Shown here: positions 1-5,521 of the stretch, piece by piece
Layout: each line of letters opens with the position of its first letter
How positions within the stretch are numbered: position 1 is the stretch's first letter
Source: Raphidiopsis brookii D9
GTDB lineage: Bacteria; Cyanobacteriota; Cyanobacteriia; Cyanobacteriales; Nostocaceae
Length of the DNA stretch: 6,782 nt
Assembly: GCA_000175855.1 (NCBI GenBank)
Contig: ACYB01000039.1
Coordinates: 1-6,782, forward strand
Direction of reading: 5' to 3'
Made by a program: the position numbers and the translations under genes
The notes under the pieces: generated by a model
What the model was told of the DNA's origin: nothing
What the model saw: the letters and a program-made list of their open reading frames with translations, nothing else
Database searches by the model: none

Positions 1-882
1 CTTCTCCCCAACCCTACTTAAAACTATACTTAGAGTCTCTGGTTGAATCCTATCTCTCATTTCCTTGGTGATTTCAAGATTTTCAATGAACTGGGTCAGA
101 ATTTCGCCTGTAACTTTTGAAAAAAGGTTCAGTGCTGAATTTTTGATATCGGTTTTGATTTTCTCAAGCTTGGTGATAACATCATCCATGCCAAACTGAA
201 TAAGCTTATCTTCTTTATCTCCAAAATTTAAACGTTCTAGTTTTTCCTCTTCATAACCTAGATTTTTTAACTCTTCTTCAATCCTTCTATAAGTTGGAAA
301 ATACAAAATAGTATCGCCTATACTTTTTTTAATAGTTTTTATAGTTCTATATAGCCTTAATTTTTTTTGTGTAAGCGGATTATGTTTTGGATTCTCTGGA
401 TCCAGTTCCTTTTCCATCCTACCTGCAAACTCCATCACCTCCAAAATACTCGAGTTAGGAATGCGATATCTTCTACTGACTATCTCTAATCGTCTGCGAA
501 ACGATTCAGGGCTTATATTTGCTTCCCTTCCCAAAATTTCTATTTCTTCAATGGGCAAAAACGGTCTCAATTTTCTTAACAATGTTTTTGATCCGAGTTC
601 ATTTAAGTCTAATAGGTCTAAGTCATCTTTTTTAATTTCAACAGTTTCACCGGATGCGAACTCAAGAATTATAGAACCAAATTCTATTGGCCTAAGTTTG
701 TCAAACTTGCACGAAATAGTGTAATACAATGCATTGAGGATGGTAGTTTTGCCTGCGCCATTTTCTGCAATCAGAATAGTCGCTTCCTTATCAAAGAGAA
801 TTTTAATATCTTTGAATCCAAATAAGCGATTAATTGAAAATGACCTTAGCTGGCTTGAGTTCTTGCGCTCCCCTAGTAGCAT
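1..882 (-). CDS. ABC/SMC/RecF-like P-loop ATPase, N-terminal ~294 aa only (gene continues past the window start)
   Basis: Absent from the supplied track because it has no stop codon in the window. I read it from the reverse strand, which is open from 906 to 1. Translation: (MNPAEGTN)MLLGERKNSSQLRSFSINRLFGFKDIKILFDKEATILIAENGAGKTTILNALYY...DTILYFPTYRRIEEELKNLGYEEEKLERLNFG...SKVTGEILTQFIENLEITKEMRDRIQPETLSIVLSRVGEK. Walker A ENGAGKTT lies at 742-765. The 'INRLFGF...ILF...TILIAENGAGKTT' head is typical of RecF/SbcC/OLD-type ABC ATPases and is followed by a charged helical insertion. ATG at 882 has GAGGG 7 nt upstream. An in-frame ATG at 906 is the alternative start, with TGA 6 codons (18 nt) further upstream. 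Confidence 0.8.
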   Translation of the reverse strand, partial: MLLGERKNSSQLRSFSINRLFGFKDIKILFDKEATILIAENGAGKTTILNALYYTISCKFDKLRPIEFGSIILEFASGETVEIKKDDLDLLDLNELGSKTLLRKLRPFLPIEEIEILGREANISPESFRRRLEIVSRRYRIPNSSILEVMEFAGRMEKELDPENPKHNPLTQKKLRLYRTIKTIKKSIGDTILYFPTYRRIEEELKNLGYEEEKLERLNFGDKEDKLIQFGMDDVITKLEKIKTDIKNSALNLFSKVTGEILTQFIENLEITKEMRDRIQPETLSIVLSRVGEK

Positions 883-913
883 GTTTGTACCCTCAGCAGG
901 ATTCATAAGCCTA

Positions 914-942
914 ATTATAAATCACATTTGGACTGGTGTCAA
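914..942 (-). promoter_or_regulatory. Consensus sigma70-type promoter for the partial ATPase gene
   Basis: The minus strand reads TTGACA (942-937), then exactly 17 nt (936-920), then TATAAT (919-914). The predicted TSS is about 906-908. That makes either a ~25-nt leader to ATG 882 (with the GAGGG SD) or a leaderless start at ATG 906. Confidence 0.65.
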
Positions 943-955
943 GTGAACTTTATTT

Positions 956-975
956 GGTATCATTGAGGTATCATT
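956..975. repeat. Tandem direct repeat GGTATCATT-GA-GGTATCATT (11-bp period) just upstream of the -35 box
   Basis: Plus strand 956-964 and 967-975 are identical 9-mers. The core TATCAT recurs at 1020-1025 and inverted (ATGATA) at 1047-1052. This could be an operator or activator site. AT-rich context weakens significance. Confidence 0.5.
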
Positions 976-1300
976 AAAAAATGAATTCAGTTGTTTGTAT
1001 CTGACTCATTAGGAAAGGTTATCATAATAATAACAAAATCAACTTAATGATAAATTTCATTACTTAACCTGCTAAATGAAGGGGGTATTATTATTAAATG
1101 GGAACGCAAAATTAAAATTAAAGGTAATGCTGTTTATTCGTTTTAGTTTCACCACAGCTTAATTGCCCTGGTGAGGGAAAATATTTGGACACCCGAACAA
1201 ACGCTTTCTCATGTTTTACAAAGCTCAGAATTACCAGAAGCTCTCTGTCAAGATAATCCAGCTTGTTGCACCTTTGCATAAGGTACTTATTTAAGATAAT

Positions 1301-2071
1301 TTAACAAATTAAATTAATAAGAAATTGAGTTAAGTTTTGAATAGCTGGGAATTCAGCTGTTTTATCACTAATCCAGGCATCATCACTGATACTTGTTTGA
1401 TTGGTTTTGCCTGGTTTTAAAACACTTACCACAGTAGCAATTATAGCCTTTTCTTTATCAAAGGGTTTCCATTTTAAAGGAGGTTTATTTCTCTCTTCTT
1501 CGGAAAATTTATCTATATATTCTCTTGCTCTTTGCATATATTCAGGATAAGCCAAATCACCACAATCACAAATTAAAGTATCCAAAACACCTTGTCTATT
1601 ATTATCTGGTAATATGTAAATCCCTAATTTCGGGGAGCTGTCGATAACATTCCCGGTTGAATTGACCTTATTAGGAAAATTAGGGAAATGTTCTCTTAAA
1701 TCATTATGGTATTTTTCTACAATTTTATCAGGTGTCTTTTTATCAGCATCAGCTATGATGCCAAAAGCGAAAAGATATGAACAATCAATATCAGATAATT
1801 TATCACTTAAATTAGTAATTAAATTGCCGCCTTCTCCCGCATATATAGCTACAGAAATGTTATCTTTACATAAGATGGTAGGTATGTTTAATCTGAAATG
1901 TAATTTTCCATTTTTTGCAGGATATACAGGAATAAACTTACGCCAAATTTTATCTATTTTGTCAACCTCATTCGAAGGACAGAAATCTAATAACTTACGC
2001 AAAATCTTAGAAATAAAAGCCTGATCATGATTTCCTTCAACACCAATTAAAACATATTTTTTATTCACCAA
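1301..2071 (-). CDS. Toprim-like (OLD/DUF4435/DUF3226-type) putative nuclease, 256 aa; second gene of the ATPase operon
   Basis: ORF from the track. A strong SD AGGAGG (2081-2076) lies 4 nt before TTG 2071 and 7 nt before GTG 2068, so GTG 2068 is the likelier start. The N-terminus KKYVLIGVEGNHDQAFISKIL carries Glu12. FGIIADADKK carries Asp108 and Asp110 (codons 1742-1750). Next comes LGIYILPDNNRQGVLDTLICDCG. The Glu + DxD spacing and strand-like contexts match the Toprim fold as I know it from OLD nucleases and AriB-like DUF4435 proteins. Family assignment is by eye only. Confidence 0.8.
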   Translation of the reverse strand: MVNKKYVLIGVEGNHDQAFISKILRKLLDFCPSNEVDKIDKIWRKFIPVYPAKNGKLHFRLNIPTILCKDNISVAIYAGEGGNLITNLSDKLSDIDCSYLFAFGIIADADKKTPDKIVEKYHNDLREHFPNFPNKVNSTGNVIDSSPKLGIYILPDNNRQGVLDTLICDCGDLAYPEYMQRAREYIDKFSEEERNKPPLKWKPFDKEKAIIATVVSVLKPGKTNQTSISDDAWISDKTAEFPAIQNLTQFLINLIC

Positions 2072-2129
2072 CGTACCTCCTGACCTAATTCCTGTCTTAA
2101 ACGTCTTAGTCTATAACCATCATGTCTAA

Positions 2130-3248
2130 CTACTCTTGTTTTTCTTCCTTGGGTTCTAAACGGTAAAGCACTAAATCTGAATCTGATTCAGTCACCTCTA
2201 ACAAAGCATCCACAGCTTCTAAACTATGAGTAGTCGCAAATAATTGAACATCCATTTCTGCACACCATTTAACAAGCCATTGAAAATAATTTTGTAAAGC
2301 TTCTGTGTGAATAGTTGAATCTAATTCATCAATTAGTAGAATACCACCTTCTTTAACGCTACTTAATTTTAAAGCTATATGTAACAAACGACGAATACCA
2401 TCGCCAAAACTGCTAAGTGGTACAAGTCCCAGTTTTTTATGTTGAATATATATATACACACTAGATGTGGATACACTGGATGTAGATTGTGGTGGTGATA
2501 AAATTTCTATATCAGAAATATTGCTATCTATTTGCTGCAATAGTCTTACTACATCAGATTTAAAATTTCGGAATCTAGCTTGTGATAATAATCGAATCTG
2601 ATCTGCAGAACGATGAGATGATGATGTCACTGTAGCAGTATTTAAACTCGGTTCTCTAGTTCCTGATGGTTTATATAAATGTAGATATAAACCTTTATTT
2701 TGCCACAGTGGAAAATTTTTAGTAATGGTGGGTGTAGTATCAAATAAACTTACCTGGCCATCTTCTGTAAATAATTCTATTTTCAAGTTCATTCCCTTTC
2801 TAACTCCTGGTATTTCTTCATTTTCTTGAATAAGATCATCCTCCTCTTCATTTTCTTGAATCTGATCATTTTCTGATTTTTTTAACCATATTTCTTCTAT
2901 TACTTCATAGCTTGCTATCAGCTTTTTCACAGAAAATAAACCAGTACTGGAAATAAGAATAATAAGTTCTGGAGATTCTATGGTGGATACAGGATTTTGT
3001 GAAAACAACCATCTTAGTGCATCAATAAGTAAATCACGCGGCAATCTATTCTGTAACTCTCTTTGACACGCCGTGATTAACCATGTTGTAATATTTAACG
3101 GATTGGAATAAATTTGTAGTGCTTCTAAAACACTGGTTTTGCCTGAGTTATTAATACCAACAAGCAAGTTAATACGTCCGAGATCCTTTAGCTCTAAATC
3201 TCGAATTCCTCTAAACTGATGAATTATAACACTATCTAGACTTTTCAT
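2130..3248 (-). CDS. ABC-type AAA ATPase (AAA_15/AAA_21-like), 372 aa; first gene of the operon
   Basis: ORF from the track. N-terminal IIHQFRGIRDLELKDLGRINLLVGINNSGKTSVLEAL contains Walker A at 3135-3158. Other motifs are the signature-like LSSFGDGIRRLL, Walker B ILLIDE (2325-2342) with D-loop LDS, and H-loop FATTHS. About 230 aa are inserted between Walker A and the signature motif, including an acidic low-complexity stretch. Confidence 0.9.
   Translation of the reverse strand: MKSLDSVIIHQFRGIRDLELKDLGRINLLVGINNSGKTSVLEALQIYSNPLNITTWLITACQRELQNRLPRDLLIDALRWLFSQNPVSTIESPELIILISSTGLFSVKKLIASYEVIEEIWLKKSENDQIQENEEEDDLIQENEEIPGVRKGMNLKIELFTEDGQVSLFDTTPTITKNFPLWQNKGLYLHLYKPSGTREPSLNTATVTSSSHRSADQIRLLSQARFRNFKSDVVRLLQQIDSNISDIEILSPPQSTSSVSTSSVYIYIQHKKLGLVPLSSFGDGIRRLLHIALKLSSVKEGGILLIDELDSTIHTEALQNYFQWLVKWCAEMDVQLFATTHSLEAVDALLEVTESDSDLVLYRLEPKEEKQE
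2817..2876. repeat. Imperfect 30-bp tandem duplication inside the ATPase CDS
   Basis: Plus strand 2817-2846 is ttcattttcttgaataagatcatcctcctc and 2847-2876 is ttcattttcttgaatctgatcattttctga. The first 15 nt plus the 'gatcat' are shared. On the coding strand this gives DQIQENEE / EDDLIQENEE. Confidence 0.8.
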
Positions 3249-3472
3249 AGGTTTAACTCACGATAAGATACCATTAGACTGAGAATTTGGCGCTGGCAAA
3301 AAAACAGTGGGAAATTATTTTCATAAATCATATACTAATTCTCATAATTCCTGTAGTTATGTCTAATTAAACACTGCTAAACCCTTGACTTTTTCTTCTT
3401 AGTGTTCAAATATAAAAGCATCATGTTCCATCCATGATTGTAGCCAATAAAAGTAACAACAAGCCCTGATAT

Positions 3473-3498
3473 ATGTCCGCATTCGCGGACATTTTATT
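3473..3498 (+). terminator. Rho-independent-terminator-like hairpin with no upstream plus-strand CDS
   Basis: Perfect 8-bp stem ATGTCCGC (3473-3480) with GCGGACAT (3485-3492) and loop ATTC. It is followed by TTTATT (3493-3498). On the minus strand the same hairpin is followed by ATATCAGGG, with no U-tract, so it reads as a plus-strand terminator. Confidence 0.5.
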
Positions 3499-3603
3499 GA
3501 CCACTTTAATAAAAATAACCTAAATTTAACCCCAATTAGTCAAAGGAAAGATTACAATCGATTTGGACAAGCTCTAACTCTAACAAAGGAGGGACATAAA
3601 AGT

Positions 3604-3744
3604 ATGTCCGACTTGAATCGCGGAATTATGAAGTTTGAGGGTGCAGACTCTCCTAAGCTAGTAATGGTATCTACTGTATTGGTGTTAGGTTCTATAGCAA
3701 TACTCATTATCTGGGCTTTGCGATCAGCATACGCATTAGGCTAA
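3604..3744 (+). CDS. Small (46 aa) single-pass membrane protein, hypothetical
   Basis: Too short for the supplied track. Sequence: ATG 3604 ... TAA 3742-3744, MSDLNRGIMKFEGADSPKLVMVSTVLVLGSIAILIIWALRSAYALG. SD AGGAGG lies at 3587-3592. A polar N-terminus is followed by one hydrophobic stretch of about 20 aa flanked by K and R. A TACAAT -10-like hexamer lies at 3553-3558. I do not recognise the family. Confidence 0.55.
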   Translation: MSDLNRGIMKFEGADSPKLVMVSTVLVLGSIAILIIWALRSAYALG

Positions 3745-3767
3745 GTCCTATCAAAATTTCAATTAAG

Positions 3768-3821
3768 CCTGTAGCTTTCCCATGCTTTTTAGGCACTATC
3801 GCGGATGATGGGAGCTACAGG
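3768..3821. repeat. Imperfect inverted repeat / long-loop hairpin between the small ORF and the PlsY-fusion gene
   Basis: CCTGTAGCtTTCCCA (3768-3782) pairs with TGGGAGCTACAGG (3809-3821): 13 bp with a 2-nt bulge and a 26-nt loop. No U-tract follows, so it is not a canonical terminator. Confidence 0.45.
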
Positions 3822-3857
3822 TACTTACAAAACAATAAATCAATAAATATTCATATA

Positions 3858-5441
3858 ATGTCTCAGCTTTGGGGTTTATTAGTTATTTTAATTACTTGTA
3901 TACTCTTAGGTGCACTGCCAATAATTCCCTGGATAACCCGAATAATCAAGGGTAGCCAATTAGAACAGGTTGGTACTGGTAATCTTAGTGTGGCCGCAGC
4001 ATTTTATCACGGCGGAAGAGTGGTAGGTGTTTTAGCAGTGATCTCGGAAGCTTTGAAGGGAATTGCTGCTGTGTTAATTACTCGCATCTTCTTCCCTCAA
4101 GGATCCTTTTGGGAATTAATTGCTCTTATTGCTCTAGTCATAGGTAGATATACTTTCACCAGGGGTGCAGGAACTACCAATGTGGCCTGGGGATTTTTGC
4201 TCCATGACCCACTGATAGCAGGATCTGTCACCTTGTTCGCAGCTATTGGCTTTCTCCTTCTCCGCTCTAGACAGGTAATCCAATTTGGGGTGCTGATTCT
4301 ATTTCCTCTGCTGGTGGCTTTCCTCCATGGTCAAGACTTCAGTAAAATTATTGCCGCCTTTACTTTGGCTGGTTTAATGGGGTGGATTTATCAACAAATC
4401 CCTGATGACCTGGAATTACCACCCCAGGGAGCACAACTGCCAGTTAAACCAATAATGGAGTATTTAAGTGGTAACAAACCAACTATTATTACCTTAGATG
4501 ATTTCCTAGATCCCGAGGTATTTGGTGTTAAATCCGCTACATTATCACAGATTAAGCATCGGGGTTACTCCGTACCTAAAGGTTGGATTTTAGCTCCTTT
4601 TGACGATCCTAGCCAGTTGATTAATTTCCTCCAACCATCTCCATTGTCACCCCTGGTAGTTCGCTCTTCTGCTATTGGTGAGGACTCCCAACAGGCATCC
4701 GCAGCTGGACAATACACAACGGTACTAAATGTTACTAGCAAGCAAGGCTTAAGTCTGGCGATCGCAGAGGTTAAGGGATCCTACAATAGTGAGAATGCGG
4801 TAAAGTATAGACAGGACTTGGGGGTAAAGGATGTGGGCATGGCTGTACTAATTCAACCTCAGGTACAAAGTGTGTATTCAGGGGTAGCATTTAGTCGTGA
4901 CCCTATTTCGCAACAGGGGGATGCGGTAGTAATTGAAGCTGTGGTAGGATCTCCAGAGCAAGTAGTTTCTGGGAAGGTAACACCCGAACAATATCGTCTG
5001 TTTGTGTTGGGGAAGATAAATTATCTACGGTGCAATTTGAAGGAGAGGGAAAAAATTCCTCAGTCATTAATCAAACAAGTAGCTTATCTAGCCAGAAGGT
5101 TAGAAAACAATTATTATGGCATTCCCCAGGATATAGAGTGGAGTTACGATGGGCAAACCCTGTGGGTTTTGCAAGCTCGACCAATTACTACCCTAGTGCC
5201 CATCTGGACAAGAAAAATAGCTGCTGAGGTGATTCCTGGTGTGATCCGTCCCCTAACTTGGTCGATTAATTTACCTTTAACCTGTGGAGTATGGGGAAAA
5301 CTATTTACCATAGTTTTAGGAGAGCGTGCTTCTGGTCTAGACTTTACTAAAATGGCTACGCTTCACTACTCCAGAGCTTACTTTAATGCTTCCTTGTTGG
5401 GTGAGGTCTTCCTGTCCATGGGGTTACCCCAGAAAGTTTAG
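3858..5441 (+). CDS. PlsY-like membrane domain fused to a PPDK_N-type ATP-grasp (PEP/pyruvate-binding) domain; 5' fragment of a frameshifted ~960-aa gene
   Basis: ORF from the track. Residues ~1-190 are polytopic and hydrophobic. LGALPIIPWITRIIKG...VGTGNLSVAAAFYHGGRVVGVLAVISEALKGIAAV aligns by eye with the PlsY pattern (GSIP...GSGNxGATN...GG...V..D.LKG). Residues ~215-450 read FGVKSATLSQIKHRGYSVPKGW...LVVRSSAIGEDS...AAGQYTTVLNV...MAVLIQPQV...SGVAFSRDP...VIEAVVGSPEQVVSGKVTPEQY...PQDIEWSYDGQTLWVLQARPITT, the pyruvate-phosphate-dikinase/PEP-synthase N-terminal ATP-grasp. It ends at TAG 5439-5441 straight after a frameshift. Confidence 0.9.
   Translation: MSQLWGLLVILITCILLGALPIIPWITRIIKGSQLEQVGTGNLSVAAAFYHGGRVVGVLAVISEALKGIAAVLITRIFFPQGSFWELIALIALVIGRYTFTRGAGTTNVAWGFLLHDPLIAGSVTLFAAIGFLLLRSRQVIQFGVLILFPLLVAFLHGQDFSKIIAAFTLAGLMGWIYQQIPDDLELPPQGAQLPVKPIMEYLSGNKPTIITLDDFLDPEVFGVKSATLSQIKHRGYSVPKGWILAPFDDPSQLINFLQPSPLSPLVVRSSAIGEDSQQASAAGQYTTVLNVTSKQGLSLAIAEVKGSYNSENAVKYRQDLGVKDVGMAVLIQPQVQSVYSGVAFSRDPISQQGDAVVIEAVVGSPEQVVSGKVTPEQYRLFVLGKINYLRCNLKEREKIPQSLIKQVAYLARRLENNYYGIPQDIEWSYDGQTLWVLQARPITTLVPIWTRKIAAEVIPGVIRPLTWSINLPLTCGVWGKLFTIVLGERASGLDFTKMATLHYSRAYFNASLLGEVFLSMGLPQKV
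4758..4765. repeat. HIP1 octamer GCGATCGC
   Basis: Exact GCGATCGC, the cyanobacterial highly iterated palindrome. It lies inside the ATP-grasp coding region. Confidence 0.9.
5427..5441 (+). other. Frameshift junction (apparent 1-nt deletion in a C run) splitting the fusion gene
   Basis: Frame of 3858: ATG GGG TTA CCC CAG AAA GTT TAG (MGLPQKV*). Adding one C at 5427-5430 gives GGG TTA CCC CCA GAA AGT TTA GAG = GLPPESLEFLTRGGKISRPPLTSTFKNLPGLLKLLQREIGLEK..., which runs without a stop into the 5522 ORF. Confidence 0.75.
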
Positions 5442-5472
5442 AGTTTTTAACCAGGGGTGGGAAAATAAGTCG

Positions 5473-5480
5473 CCCCCCCC
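5473..5480. repeat. Poly-C(8) homopolymer inside the coding frame (encodes R-P-P-L)
   Basis: cgCCCCCCCCtt at 5471-5482. This is the longest G/C homopolymer in the window and lies 42 nt downstream of the frameshifted C4 run. Confidence 0.9.
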
Positions 5481-5521
5481 TTACTTCGACTTTCAAGAAT
5501 TTACCAGGATTACTCAAACTA

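Noticed and set aside
461-946. Plus-strand track ORFs 461..724 (87 aa) and 734..946 (70 aa)
   Set aside because: Both are low-complexity S/L/I/N-rich translations with no motifs. They lie antisense to a much longer reverse-strand frame with a clear Walker A ATPase head, so they are shadow ORFs. The 734..946 ORF also overlaps the minus-strand promoter.
1019-1053. 7-bp inverted repeat TTATCAT ... ATGATAA with a 21-nt spacer, considered as a terminator for the ATPase/Toprim operon or as mobile-element ends
   Set aside because: The stem is all A/T but for one C:G pair, the loop is long, and there is no U-tract in the right orientation. No transposase or target-site duplication is present. It is retained only as part of the TATCAT motif observation.
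1147-1281. Short plus-strand open frame (GTG 1171) ending ...ENIWTPEQTLSHVLQSSELPEALCQDNPACCTFA*, in a locally GC-richer patch. I considered a RiPP precursor or the remnant of a truncated gene.
   Set aside because: It is only ~36-44 codons with no ATG or SD. No modification, maturation or transport genes are nearby. An open frame of that length can occur by chance. It might be a gene remnant marking an old insertion junction, but I cannot support that without a database search (tblastn of the peptide).
1662-2024. Plus-strand track ORF, 120 aa
   Set aside because: It is entirely antisense within the Toprim-like CDS. It has no SD and a repetitive L/S/K composition, so it is a shadow ORF.
3854-3859. 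TATAAT hexamer immediately at the PlsY-fusion start
   Set aside because: It overlaps the ATG (3858-3860), so it cannot be the -10 element for a transcript encoding this start. It is probably a coincidence of AT-rich sequence.
5030-5227. Plus-strand track ORF, 65 aa
   Set aside because: It is an alternative frame inside the well-supported ATP-grasp coding region (the PQDIEWSYDG...ARPITT motif is in the other frame). It has no independent signals.
5424-5441. Programmed -1 ribosomal frameshifting as the explanation for the split dikinase gene
   Set aside because: There is no X XXY YYZ slippery heptamer at the junction (the sequence is G GGT TAC CCC AGA), and I could see no obvious downstream stem-loop or pseudoknot at the right spacing. 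A homopolymer indel is the simpler explanation.
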